The notes below the pieces were generated by a model. It was given only the letters and a program-made list of their open reading frames with translations. It was not told where the DNA came from and made no database searches. A stretch of 64,000 bases of DNA from an uncultured virus (IMG/VR IMGVR_UViG_3300021425_003921) (Duplodnaviria; Heunggongvirae; Uroviricota; Caudoviricetes), in the IMG/VR virus record IMGVR_UViG_3300021425_003921. One strand, 5' to 3'. The position numbers were made by a program, and so were the translations under genes. Shown piece by piece: positions 9,353 through 18,819 of this stretch (positions within the stretch are counted from its first letter, which is position 1; each line of letters opens with the position of its first letter).

Positions 9353-10000
9353 TCAGGCTTGACCTCCAGCGACACGGGAGCGTTGTTGTTGTTCGATAAG
9401 GCTTCGCTTATACCAATCAACATTGTTGGGGTTGATGGTGACACCAAGTTCGAGCAACTTGTTAGCGATAAGAGCATCTGGACCATCGTAAAGCGTATAC
9501 TTGAGGAAGCAAGATACTACTTGAGTGGTGGTGGCAGTTGTTCCATCTCGGGAAGTGTAGAGAATTTGGAAAGTTTGACCTGGAAGGACATAAACATCAG
9601 GGTAAAGATCGAAAGACTTTAGGATGTTTTCTGAACCTGCGGAGGTGGAATCGACAGCAGTAGTATCGATGGTTGAAGGAGCACCACGAGGGTATGGGCT
9701 TGCCAATCCTGGGATACCGACCATATCGGTAACATCAGGGTTTTGGAAGTAATCCGTCGTGTTGATTCGGATTTGCACAGCACTACCGATTACGGGTGAT
9801 GCAGCAATATCTTCAATTACGATGAATTGGGTGGCGGTCGTTTCTGCGGGCTTGGTAATGTTGTTACCTACACCACCAGTGAACAAGTCGTATTCACGGT
9901 TTGCCGTGAGTGCGACCGGTTGGTCGGTTGATGTGCGTCGTAGTTGATTACTACTTGCTTGTAGGTTACTCCATTCATATACTTGGCTTCTCATTGACAT
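9353..10000 (-). CDS. Candidate major capsid/structural protein, paralog A
   Basis: Shares MSMRSQVYEW, NNITKPAETTAT, RINTTDYF, LYPDVYVLPGQ and KYTLYDGPDALIANKLLE...VDWYKRSL with 8665-9315. Confidence 0.6.
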   Translation of the reverse strand: MSMRSQVYEWSNLQASSNQLRRTSTDQPVALTANREYDLFTGGVGNNITKPAETTATQFIVIEDIAASPVIGSAVQIRINTTDYFQNPDVTDMVGIPGLASPYPRGAPSTIDTTAVDSTSAGSENILKSFDLYPDVYVLPGQTFQILYTSRDGTTATTTQVVSCFLKYTLYDGPDALIANKLLELGVTINPNNVDWYKRSLIEQQQRSRVAGGQA

Positions 10001-10004
10001 ATTT
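9971..10004. repeat. 34-nt direct repeat identical to 9286-9319 (5' ends of the two paralogs)
   Basis: ccattcatatacttggcttctcattgacatattt at both loci. Confidence 0.9.
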
Positions 10005-10047
10005 ATCTATCCTGCCTTAATGGCTAAGGTAGAGTTGTATTTTTGAC

Positions 10048-10056
10048 TATATAAAC
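10048..10056 (-). promoter_or_regulatory. TATA box of the candidate capsid operon (leadered transcript)
   Basis: TTTATATAGTC, 48 nt from ATG at 10000 instead of the usual 22. Confidence 0.7.
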
Positions 10057-10076
10057 TTTTGCCTTGTGGGTAAGGG

Positions 10077-10307
10077 TCAATAGTTTTTATTAGCGATATC
10101 AAGACCTTTCTTGGCTCCATAAAGAGAACCAACAGTCATTAGACTAAAGGCAACAATTTGATTAAGTTTACCAAAACGAATTCCTTGAGCAATTCCAAGA
10201 AGTCCGCCTAAAGATCCGACAAGAGCCGTAGAGTAAACAATAGAATCAAGAGAAGTAAAGCCCATTTCTTGATAATAAGAAATCGGGTTGTTAATCAAGG
10301 GTATCAC
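10077..10307 (-). CDS. Small two-TM membrane protein
   Basis: 76 aa, GTG start, two hydrophobic Gly-rich helices. Confidence 0.7.
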   Translation of the reverse strand: MIPLINNPISYYQEMGFTSLDSIVYSTALVGSLGGLLGIAQGIRFGKLNQIVAFSLMTVGSLYGAKKGLDIANKNY

Positions 10308-10309
10308 CC

Positions 10310-10918
10310 TTAGTAACCCATGGCTTTATACATTTCTTTGGCTTTAGCCATGTCGCCCTTAGCATCTCGGACACAGGATCGCCATGCTTGTTGCTTAGGA
10401 GATCCCGAAGTTTTTTTGACTTCAGTTACTTCAGCAGCCTTAATTGTTTCCGAAGCCTTAGAACCACAGCCACAGGCAGCGTAATAATCATCATGTTCGG
10501 CACAGAAAAGTGCTTCTTCGGCAGCAAGGTCTTCAGCAGAAATATCTTGAGGTAGTGGGAAAGTTCCTGGATCGAGACCCGAGATGGGTCGAATATCGAT
10601 GTAATCCATGATATCATCGCTGGCATCGTCTACATATTGAACGACGGTTTTTACGACGGGAACTTCAATAACTTCGCTAACAACAGGAACTTCTCGGGCT
10701 TTTCGGAGTAGAACTGCCAATCCAAGAGTTGCGGGGACAACACCTAAAATGCGTCCAACAGTAACGGCTTTTCCACCAAGATAAGGAATCATAGAGGGAA
10801 CTGTGGCGACACGGTATGAAAGAATATCAGCAAAGCGAGTGCTAAAAAATCCAAATCCGACGAGGAGGAGAGATCCTCCGACTGTATATTCATTAACAAT
10901 AGTGCTTCGCAAATTCAT
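10310..10918 (-). CDS. Two-TM hairpin membrane protein with acidic/Cys-containing tail
   Basis: GGTGA SD supports ATG at 10918; resembles 10951-11277; clustered ISAE, LAAE, FCAE, KASE, KAAE. Confidence 0.75.
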   Translation of the reverse strand: MNLRSTIVNEYTVGGSLLLVGFGFFSTRFADILSYRVATVPSMIPYLGGKAVTVGRILGVVPATLGLAVLLRKAREVPVVSEVIEVPVVKTVVQYVDDASDDIMDYIDIRPISGLDPGTFPLPQDISAEDLAAEEALFCAEHDDYYAACGCGSKASETIKAAEVTEVKKTSGSPKQQAWRSCVRDAKGDMAKAKEMYKAMGY

Positions 10919-10950
10919 AGTATCACCAAATTTTGTAGTGGTTAGTAAAC

Positions 10951-11277
10951 TCAACTACCGTAGTAGGTTGGGACACCGTTTCCGCTGCCACCTGCTGAGT
11001 CTTCGCCCCAGTTGTAGCCGGTTTCTGCGGCTGCTTCTTGAGCGATGTCACCAAGGAAAGGAATGTCCATTCCAAGGTATCGGCGGCTTAGGGTTACAGC
11101 ACCAACGGCAAGAGGAACTACATACATAAGAGTTCCAAGGTTTACATTGATGACGGGAACGGTGTAGGACATAACATCCGTGAACATTCCGCCAACAAGT
11201 CCGGCTGCACCGACTACGAAGAGTGAGGCTCCGACAGTCGTTGGGTTTACAAGGGTATTCATAATTGTGTTTAACAT
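10951..11277 (-). CDS. Two-TM hairpin membrane protein
   Basis: 108 aa; TATA at 11324 (47 nt away) plus GGAGAG SD, i.e. leadered like the candidate capsid operon. Confidence 0.8.
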   Translation of the reverse strand: MLNTIMNTLVNPTTVGASLFVVGAAGLVGGMFTDVMSYTVPVINVNLGTLMYVVPLAVGAVTLSRRYLGMDIPFLGDIAQEAAAETGYNWGEDSAGGSGNGVPTYYGS

Positions 11278-11335
11278 TTTTTATCTCTCCATTTGGGGGG
11301 TTATATTTTATTTTGCTTTTCCACTATATATATTT

Positions 11336-12322
11336 TTACATTCCGAACACGGAGCCATTTCCTTCGGCACCACGAACATGGTTTCCAATAGTAGTGGAGA
11401 ATAAGCCTTCAGCACCATAGTATTGAATGGGCTGACCGGGATTGACGACACGGTGAGATCCGAGAATGTAGGATTCTCCTGAATCTGCCGTAGTTGGAGG
11501 TTTCATATGGGGAGAAACTTCCTGAACCATTGGGTTTGGAGTTCCCATTCCCATAGTGGGTTCTTCGGCATTATAATTTACCGGGGGTTGATTAGGGGTA
11601 TAAGTAGACATAGTTAGAGGGTTGCTACGACCAAGGTTTTGAGCGTTAAGACCCATGGTGTCGGCAGCAGAAACATAATCTGACATTTCCATTTCGACAG
11701 GATTCATAACGGTGGTAGATTCAATCATGCTACCACCAAAGTTTTGGTCTACTCCACCCGTAGGAGTAACTACATCTTGAGCACCAAAGTCTTGAAAGAC
11801 TCCGTGACCAAGTGGTGCATCTTCGTGAACAGAAGACATAGGAAGGTTATCCATACCTCGTTGCTTGAGGCGTTCTGTGGAGGCTTCAGTATCCCAATCT
11901 TCAGCATTTTTGATATCAGAATAAGAGTGAGTAGCAGTTTCTTGACCAATAACAGATCCACTACCGGATTGAGGTAGTTCTTCAGCAGAATATTGTCCCA
12001 AAAATCCACCGATTCGTGGAGATACCATACCGGCTACTTGAACTACTGAGGAAAGGATAAGAGCCGTTCCTGCAAAGTTGAGGGCTTTTCCATAGCCTGT
12101 GGGTCGAGCACGAGAAGTAACAATTAGGTAACCACCTGTGAGAGCAGTAAGAGCAGTTCGACCTACTTCAGCCCCACGACCTAAGCGGTAAAAGGGAAGC
12201 ATAGTAAGAAGACCGCCGATAAAAGCACCTGCGACTAATCCAAATGCACCTGCGTAAGTTGATTCTTCAGTAAGGACATCAAAAGATTCGTCCAATGTTG
12301 ATGGAGCCATGTTATAATCCAT
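11336..12322 (-). CDS. Three-TM membrane protein with long low-complexity C-terminus
   Basis: Three N-terminal hydrophobic helices; tail with YSAE, KNAE, FGAQ, YNAE, YGAE, RGAE; TATA at 12344. Confidence 0.8.
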   Translation of the reverse strand: MDYNMAPSTLDESFDVLTEESTYAGAFGLVAGAFIGGLLTMLPFYRLGRGAEVGRTALTALTGGYLIVTSRARPTGYGKALNFAGTALILSSVVQVAGMVSPRIGGFLGQYSAEELPQSGSGSVIGQETATHSYSDIKNAEDWDTEASTERLKQRGMDNLPMSSVHEDAPLGHGVFQDFGAQDVVTPTGGVDQNFGGSMIESTTVMNPVEMEMSDYVSAADTMGLNAQNLGRSNPLTMSTYTPNQPPVNYNAEEPTMGMGTPNPMVQEVSPHMKPPTTADSGESYILGSHRVVNPGQPIQYYGAEGLFSTTIGNHVRGAEGNGSVFGM

Positions 12323-12357
12323 ATTATCACCTTTTCCTTTCGACTATTTATAGTTTA

Positions 12358-13191
12358 TCATAGTGAGCGACTATTTTTTCGCTGTGTATCGCCTGCCATT
12401 TTGGTAGGTGGGGCGATGTGTTGTCCAACTGGGTTTTGGTTAAAACCTTCTGCGTTTCGGAAAGCACCGCCATGAATGTGAGAGAGAGGAGTAGGAATAA
12501 CAGTATCGCCCATAAAGTGATCGGAACGAAGTTTCTTAACTCCGGAATATTCGGCGGCTAAATCCATTTCCATAACATTGCTTTGATTAAAAGTTTGAGC
12601 AGAAACCGGGGTTGTGCCCGCAAGGTCAGGAGCATCGTCGAATCGATTGGTTTCTAAAGTTTTTTGGTGTGCTCGGGCATCAATAGGGGCCAAAGCGGCA
12701 ACTCCTAAAGAAGCGACCATTCGCTTAACGGCTTCAGGAACAGGAGAAGTTTCAACTTCGGTAAGGAATCGGTGAGTAGCAGAAGTTCCAATTTTAGTAA
12801 CTACCACAGATTTTCGACCCCCGTTAGGACGACCCAAAAGTTTGTTAAAGAAACCTGAAAGACCTTCTTCGGGAATAAATTCGATTAAAGTCCATCGTTG
12901 AGGTCCGGGTTCATAGGTAACTTCGAAAGCACGACCATCAGCCGTAATAGATTCAGAAAGAGGTCCCAAATCAGGAACCATAACTTCTTGATGAACTGGT
13001 TTTGCCAAAGTCATATCAGAAATAGGGGCTGTAACTCCGACGGAATCTCCGAAAAGGCGTTGTTGAAGAGATCCGTTTTCAGTATAACTCTTGAGTTCGT
13101 ATTGAGCACCAAATGTGGAGGCAACGCCGTGCATAGCCGAGTCCATAGGACTACGCTTCAGGGTGTTTTGAATGGCAAGGTCCAAATTCAT
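12358..13191 (-). CDS. Hypothetical protein
   Basis: 277 aa; TATA at 13213 (22 nt) overlapping the upstream stop codon. Confidence 0.8.
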   Translation of the reverse strand: MNLDLAIQNTLKRSPMDSAMHGVASTFGAQYELKSYTENGSLQQRLFGDSVGVTAPISDMTLAKPVHQEVMVPDLGPLSESITADGRAFEVTYEPGPQRWTLIEFIPEEGLSGFFNKLLGRPNGGRKSVVVTKIGTSATHRFLTEVETSPVPEAVKRMVASLGVAALAPIDARAHQKTLETNRFDDAPDLAGTTPVSAQTFNQSNVMEMDLAAEYSGVKKLRSDHFMGDTVIPTPLSHIHGGAFRNAEGFNQNPVGQHIAPPTKMAGDTQRKNSRSL

Positions 13192-13216
13192 AATATTATC
13201 TCCGTGTCTCTACTAT

Positions 13217-14068
13217 TTATACTTTTGTCCATCTACGCATAAGAAGAATCGGAATCACAACTGAGGAAATTCCCGAAATACCTACTACAACAGGAGTGGC
13301 CCAAGAATTACCTTTAGAAATGGTGATAACTTCTGGAGTATCAGGAACCATAGGAGGATAAGGTGAAGAAACCAAATCGGTAGTAATCATGTCAGTAGCA
13401 GGAACCAAATTAACAATTTCGGCAGCCGGAGCCATGGTTAAATCTTGACGAGTGGCTTCTAAATCTAATCCTCGATAATGGGTTTGTGACCAAGTAGCCG
13501 CCGCAATTTGAATTTTTCGAGGAAAAACAACGGCATCTTCATCTAAGGAAACGGTGTTATATCCTGCCGAAGCCAAATTAGCGATAACTCGGGCTAAACA
13601 TAGTTGGCCTTGATGATATCCGGGGTGTCCGAGGGCAGGGAATAACCATGCTTCATATTCAGCAGGCAACATTTGGGCTACTTTAGATGATAAGCCATAG
13701 GCTTCCTGAGCCGCCATAATTTCCTCGGCTTCAAATTGGGGAACTTCGGGTTGTGGTGCCAAGGGGGTGTCCACAGCAGATTCAAAGTTAATACTTTCCC
13801 CTGCCGGTTCAGAGTCTAATGCTGAAGCATCCGTCATTTCTTCTAAAGAAACTTCTTCCATAGATTCATCGGTGACACCATCTTCTCGATCTTCTAAACC
13901 AGCCATCACGGCTTTGGCTTTAGACATAGCACCCATAGCCATATCGGTAGCAGGAGTAGATTCATCAGCCTCGGTAGAAGGCACAGATTCTTTGACATCT
14001 GCATCAACATTAGCAGCGTCTTCAATCTCTTCTTTGAGACCGGCTAATTCAGGACTCAGATCTTCCAT
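13217..14068 (-). CDS. Tail-anchored protein with acidic N-terminal region
   Basis: Acidic ~115-aa N-terminus ending FEAE; C-terminal TM VVVGISGISSVVIPILLM+RRWTKV; TATA at 14090. Confidence 0.8.
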   Translation of the reverse strand: MEDLSPELAGLKEEIEDAANVDADVKESVPSTEADESTPATDMAMGAMSKAKAVMAGLEDREDGVTDESMEEVSLEEMTDASALDSEPAGESINFESAVDTPLAPQPEVPQFEAEEIMAAQEAYGLSSKVAQMLPAEYEAWLFPALGHPGYHQGQLCLARVIANLASAGYNTVSLDEDAVVFPRKIQIAAATWSQTHYRGLDLEATRQDLTMAPAAEIVNLVPATDMITTDLVSSPYPPMVPDTPEVITISKGNSWATPVVVGISGISSVVIPILLMRRWTKV

Positions 14069-14099
14069 AGAAGATAATTAGTCATTCTGCTATTTATAT

Positions 14100-14597
14100 T
14101 TATCCATGGATAGTCCAAATCGCCCCTTCAGAAATTTTATCAAAATCAACGGTGTGAAGAGGCACGGGGCCAAAAGAAGATGATAACAGATTGGCTAAGG
14201 GTTCAAGAGATTGAAAAACATGAACATAAGGGGCTACCTTGGCTTCGATAGGATCGTGGTCGGAATTAATAGGTTCTAATCCGACGATAACAATTTCTAC
14301 GCCATTTAAATCTACGGAAGATAGTAAGCGAGTAACTTGATAATTTTCATTTCGTGGGTCGGGTTGCCCCACGACTAATTGAGCCGCCGTGACACGGACA
14401 CCTTCGGGGCCGTGAAAACCAGAATAAACATATCCAGTAATTTCTGATAATTCTTTGACATCAAAGAAAGAAGGAAAGGCTACGGAATTGTTGCCCCAAT
14501 AAACATAATCTAAGGAATCGATATCAAAGGATTCCGTAAGATCGTCGGCTACGCCTTGCTCGGCATAGTATTTTCTAAACTTATCATTGATATCCAT
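14100..14597 (-). CDS. Hypothetical protein
   Basis: 165 aa; TATA at 14620 with inverted repeat 14598-14616. Confidence 0.8.
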   Translation of the reverse strand: MDINDKFRKYYAEQGVADDLTESFDIDSLDYVYWGNNSVAFPSFFDVKELSEITGYVYSGFHGPEGVRVTAAQLVVGQPDPRNENYQVTRLLSSVDLNGVEIVIVGLEPINSDHDPIEAKVAPYVHVFQSLEPLANLLSSSFGPVPLHTVDFDKISEGAIWTIHG

Positions 14598-14616
14598 ACC
14601 GAAACTATGTTTCGGT
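14598..14616. promoter_or_regulatory. Inverted repeat between TATA box and start codon (candidate operator)
   Basis: accgaaac-tat-gtttcggt; near-identical copy with a compensatory change at 25803-25821. Confidence 0.7.
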
Positions 14617-14629
14617 CACCTATTTATAA

Positions 14630-15361
14630 TTATTGTTTCCAATACCAATAATCTTCAGCCCTTTTAGTGGATTTAGTATCCCGAGCCCAACGGTGAACAC
14701 CATTTTTATTCTTTTTGACTTCCCACATGAAACCATCATTACCACGCTTTCGAGTTCCTACTTTGGTAGCCGCAGCCGATTGGCTGGGGCTGGGGCGAGC
14801 CTTTTGAGTGGCTTTAGCCTTTGGTTTCTTTGGCTTAGCGATAGGTTTAGAAGCATTAGATTTGAAAGCGATTTGGGTAACGGGTTTAGACCAATAACCT
14901 GCTTCATCATCATTACTACCAGTAGTAAAAATAAGACGATACTCGTTTCCTTTATTCATTAAAGCCGCACAACCTCCCAATTCGCCCAATGAAAGTGATT
15001 CTAAGTTATAGTCCCAATTCCAATTACCAAGCAAGAAATATTCAGAAGCGTTTGTGGTATTCCACATCTTTACTTTCTTTTGACCCCACTTCTTTCTGAT
15101 GTCAGCATCATGGGATTTGAAGGCTTTCTTGAGTTGGCTGGAATGTTCTTTCAGAATCTTGGTGGATTTGGCTAAACCGACATTTTGGTAACCGTATCCT
15201 GAAAATCCTATTTCTTTCCAACCCTGTTTTTCCATCTTGCCAATAATATCAAAGGCTTTTTGAATCTGTTCCATCTGTCTTTTTTCACAGCCTTGTGAAT
15301 CATCAGAGTCTTTGTTTGACCAATCGCTGATCCACATACCGTTTTTCTTATGGAGTGTCAT
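14630..15361 (-). CDS. Basic protein, paralog of 51169-52191 (candidate DNA-binding/core protein)
   Basis: DDEAGY motif, K/A/P-rich linker, C-terminal GTRxRGNDGFMWEVK...RWxRDTKSTKRAEDYWYWKQ; TATA at 15383. Confidence 0.8.
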   Translation of the reverse strand: MTLHKKNGMWISDWSNKDSDDSQGCEKRQMEQIQKAFDIIGKMEKQGWKEIGFSGYGYQNVGLAKSTKILKEHSSQLKKAFKSHDADIRKKWGQKKVKMWNTTNASEYFLLGNWNWDYNLESLSLGELGGCAALMNKGNEYRLIFTTGSNDDEAGYWSKPVTQIAFKSNASKPIAKPKKPKAKATQKARPSPSQSAAATKVGTRKRGNDGFMWEVKKNKNGVHRWARDTKSTKRAEDYWYWKQ

Positions 15362-15402
15362 GCAAGGATGTTGTCCTTATGACTATTTATATTTTTCTAT
15401 AA

Positions 15403-16791
15403 TTACTTTTTAAGCAATTTCATACCAATAACTGCGAGAACGGCTCCGGCACCAGCCATAGCAAGAGGGCTACGATACATTGGTGGTCGGTATCGGAGAG
15501 ACATTCCATCAACCGTATCGGCAAGAAGCATCATAAAGTCGTCAGAAGAGATGTATTCTCCGGAATCCATTTCGTCAATAAATTCGTAAGGTTGGTAATC
15601 CATAGGCTCTGCCGCATCTACCACAGATGGTGTGGCTTCGGCACGGCGAACCATAGCATCGCCTTGGTTTCGGAAACCGACAGGTTGTTGAGTTTTAGCA
15701 CTATTTCGAAGGTCGGCCTTGATAGAATTGCTAACTCCAACATTGCTAATGAATTGTCCTTTAGCGTTGCGAGCCACATATCGAGAGTTGCCCTTGATGT
15801 GATCGAAGCGTTGTCGCTTTCCGTATTTTCGCTTGCGGCCTTGAGCAGCGAAATTGGTTGGGAAATCTTCGGATTCCAATTCAGCACGATAATGGATTTC
15901 GTGATCATAATCAGCACCGGCTTGACCGACGGCTTGAGTAGTCATAAGTTGTGAATCAGCACCGAAGTGAATATCAGTAGGTGGCACGGAAGCAGAAGAA
16001 TAACCATTTTCTTCAAATTGAATAATAGCGTTAGAAGTTTCAGATTCCATCTTCATCTTTTTACGAGAAGGTCGGCGTTTAATAGCACGAAGTTTAGATT
16101 CCATACGACGCTTTCGCTTAAGAGCAAGTTTATCAGCAGGAGTCATATCACCTTCTGCAAAGAGATTAAGAGAAGTATCCAATTGGTCGGTAATTAGTTC
16201 GGAGCCTGAGGCTGCTTCAGTAGTAGGATTCATCATAAGAGGTTCGGAAGCATCAAGAGCGACATCAGCCGGGGCTTCGGAAGCATAAGATTCAGCAGCA
16301 TTAATTTGTCCCAATTCAGATTGAAGTTCTTCAACCTTGGTTTTGATAGCAGATTCATTATCGAAAATAAATTCGTTAATCATGAATTCGCCGGGGGAAG
16401 AAGTTGCCATATCTTTAAGTTCCTCAAATGTGGTAGCAGCGGGATCGGCTTGTCGCATAACATCGCCACCCGTTTCGTAACCAGACTTTTGGCCTTTGGT
16501 ATACATACGACGAATAACTGTTCCTGCGGAAACTTGTCCTACAATAACGACATCGTTTTGAGATTGAATAGCCACAGGGGTAAAACCGTGATTATCAGTT
16601 TTATCAGTTACATAGAATAAAGCACAGCGATATAGTTTAGCACGGTCGGTTTCGTCGCCCATGGAATCGTATTGTGATTTGGGTAGCGTCCAAGTGTTTT
16701 TGTAGAACCCTGTGGAATCATCTTTAGTGCTGTTATCAAAGCCCCAATAATCTTCTGAAAGGATGTATACCATCTTGTGATTTGTTGCCAT
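15403..16791 (-). CDS. Modular tail-anchored protein with basic modules
   Basis: Alternating acidic and Arg/Lys-rich modules separated by LFAE, MESE, FGAD, YRAE, FAAQ, RRAE; C-terminal TM LAMAGAGAVLAVIGM+KLLKK; TATA at 16813. Confidence 0.8.
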   Translation of the reverse strand: MATNHKMVYILSEDYWGFDNSTKDDSTGFYKNTWTLPKSQYDSMGDETDRAKLYRCALFYVTDKTDNHGFTPVAIQSQNDVVIVGQVSAGTVIRRMYTKGQKSGYETGGDVMRQADPAATTFEELKDMATSSPGEFMINEFIFDNESAIKTKVEELQSELGQINAAESYASEAPADVALDASEPLMMNPTTEAASGSELITDQLDTSLNLFAEGDMTPADKLALKRKRRMESKLRAIKRRPSRKKMKMESETSNAIIQFEENGYSSASVPPTDIHFGADSQLMTTQAVGQAGADYDHEIHYRAELESEDFPTNFAAQGRKRKYGKRQRFDHIKGNSRYVARNAKGQFISNVGVSNSIKADLRNSAKTQQPVGFRNQGDAMVRRAEATPSVVDAAEPMDYQPYEFIDEMDSGEYISSDDFMMLLADTVDGMSLRYRPPMYRSPLAMAGAGAVLAVIGMKLLKK

Positions 16792-16823
16792 ACTATTTAC
16801 TCTCCTGCTTTACTATATATATT

Positions 16824-18818
16824 TTACTGTCGTAAACGATTTCGGAATCTTTCTAATAACGACGGAGAACCATCTCCTTGGTCACGGAAACCGGGTGGGG
16901 CCCATGTTTGAGATTTTCGGCGTCGGTCCATAGCAATACTACGACCTACATCTACATTTTTCATATAAGTTCCATCTCGTCGTCGGCGGATAAATCGGCG
17001 GTTACCCCATCGATCGATAGCAATTTTTCGTGGATTGCCGTAGAAAGGTCGAGGACCTAATTCATTATATCCTGTTTCAGCACCAAACTTTTCTCGGATG
17101 TGTTTGGGGGTAGAGTTGAGTATGGACTTTAGTTTAAGACGAGTTCCAGAAGTTAAGTATTCTCCTTCACCATCTTCGTCTACAAATAGACTATCATACC
17201 AAAATTGATGTTCGTGATGAGGTTCGGCATCATTTCCTGTATGATATTTCCACATTTCAATAATTGTGGTTTCATCAGGATTGCCCAAAAGCCAAGCCTT
17301 TTCTTGATTCTGTAGTAACTTAGCACCACCAGATTCGGCCCGCTTTCGCTTAGATAATCCGGGTGTGCCATCCATAGGTCGCCAATTAGCCATTTCTCCA
17401 AACTCCATAGGATCCATAACAGGGGTGTTACCTTCTTCGGAGGCTAACTTGTAAAAAGCAGAAGTTTCGTATTTTTTAGAACAGGGCTCACAATAAAAAT
17501 CATTTTGCATTTGTCCACCATATTCAGAAACCTTGGGATTTTCAAAATCATCATCGATAATTTCCCATCGAATAACACTATCTTGGAAGTTATACTTGGC
17601 AGGCTTGCCACAATAATCGCAGGGATATTCGGGTTCGTCTTCTTCCTCAGCAGACTTTACGGGAGCACAGTCACGGCAGATTGGTTCCTCATCATCTTTT
17701 GTGCGAGTCATGTTTTCGGATTGGTCAGAACACCAATCACAGTAAGGGACTCCACATTCTACACAAGACACGGTATCATAATTGTCAATATAATTTTGAC
17801 AGGCTTCGCAACTGTTCATATCTTCCGCACAACTATTACAGATTTCATGAGCCGCCATTCCTTCAGGATGTTGGCGGTTGGAACATTTAAAGCAATAAAC
17901 ATAACAACCACGACAAACATTACCTTCTTTGGTGTCGGTCATTTGCCAATCTTTATCGCCACAAACACTACATTTACATAAGCAACAATCATCGCAACGG
18001 TCACAATCGCTACAATAACAGGCTCCGCAACCGTCTTCAGCACAGTCAGAACATTGAATTGGGTCATAATCTTCTAAGTTTTCACCACAAGAAGAACAAC
18101 CTTCATCTTCAGCGTTAGCGAAAACCGTCATATGTCCTGAAGAATTAAGTGAGGATTTGTCAAAATCTCCTGAGCCCCAAGTAGAAGTGAGTTGATCTGT
18201 AGACAAACCGATACCAGAAAGAGCACCGCTACCCGCATACGGGGCTTCTTTGACTTCGGAATAAACGGAGACACGATAATAGCCTTCTCCTTCGGGACCA
18301 TCTTCATCATAAATCCACTTAGAACTGCAAGCCTCACAAATGTTATCTTCGCCCTCAATGTCGCCATCGGGATTGGGTAATCCTGTAATATAGCAATCGG
18401 GGCCTTCGGCTTCTTCTGACCACTCTAAAAAGTCAATACCATCTAAATGGCTGTCTTCACAAGTTTCGCCTTCAGCACCGTAAGATTCTGCTTTATATTT
18501 TCGATTATAAATGGAATAGGCTACAGCAATTGCCATTTTTTGTGCGTCTTTTCGAGTAGGTGGTCGGTTTTTTCCGATCTTACCGGTCTTTTCCCAAGTG
18601 TGCATAATATCGCTAATGATTTTGGAAATTTGGGTGTTTTTCTTTCGCTTGCTGGCGGAAACTGTTTTACGAGGTGCCTCAAAAGAATCAGCACTCATTT
18701 CCTTTCGCTTTTGAGCAATCTTTTGTTGGCGAGCCTTTTTCTTTCCTCGCAACACACGAGTTCGAGGACCTGTGCTTACCCATGGAGGTTTGCTATAATT
18801 ACTCCACTTGTCAGCCAT
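16824..18818 (-). CDS. Modular Cys-rich (multiple CxxC) protein with basic terminal modules
   Basis: More than a dozen CxxC pairs; basic N- and C-terminal modules; boundaries at YKAE/YGAE, ANAE, KSAE, LASE, KRAE, FGAE. Confidence 0.8.
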   Translation of the reverse strand: MADKWSNYSKPPWVSTGPRTRVLRGKKKARQQKIAQKRKEMSADSFEAPRKTVSASKRKKNTQISKIISDIMHTWEKTGKIGKNRPPTRKDAQKMAIAVAYSIYNRKYKAESYGAEGETCEDSHLDGIDFLEWSEEAEGPDCYITGLPNPDGDIEGEDNICEACSSKWIYDEDGPEGEGYYRVSVYSEVKEAPYAGSGALSGIGLSTDQLTSTWGSGDFDKSSLNSSGHMTVFANAEDEGCSSCGENLEDYDPIQCSDCAEDGCGACYCSDCDRCDDCCLCKCSVCGDKDWQMTDTKEGNVCRGCYVYCFKCSNRQHPEGMAAHEICNSCAEDMNSCEACQNYIDNYDTVSCVECGVPYCDWCSDQSENMTRTKDDEEPICRDCAPVKSAEEEDEPEYPCDYCGKPAKYNFQDSVIRWEIIDDDFENPKVSEYGGQMQNDFYCEPCSKKYETSAFYKLASEEGNTPVMDPMEFGEMANWRPMDGTPGLSKRKRAESGGAKLLQNQEKAWLLGNPDETTIIEMWKYHTGNDAEPHHEHQFWYDSLFVDEDGEGEYLTSGTRLKLKSILNSTPKHIREKFGAETGYNELGPRPFYGNPRKIAIDRWGNRRFIRRRRDGTYMKNVDVGRSIAMDRRRKSQTWAPPGFRDQGDGSPSLLERFRNRLRQ

Positions 18819-18819
18819 A

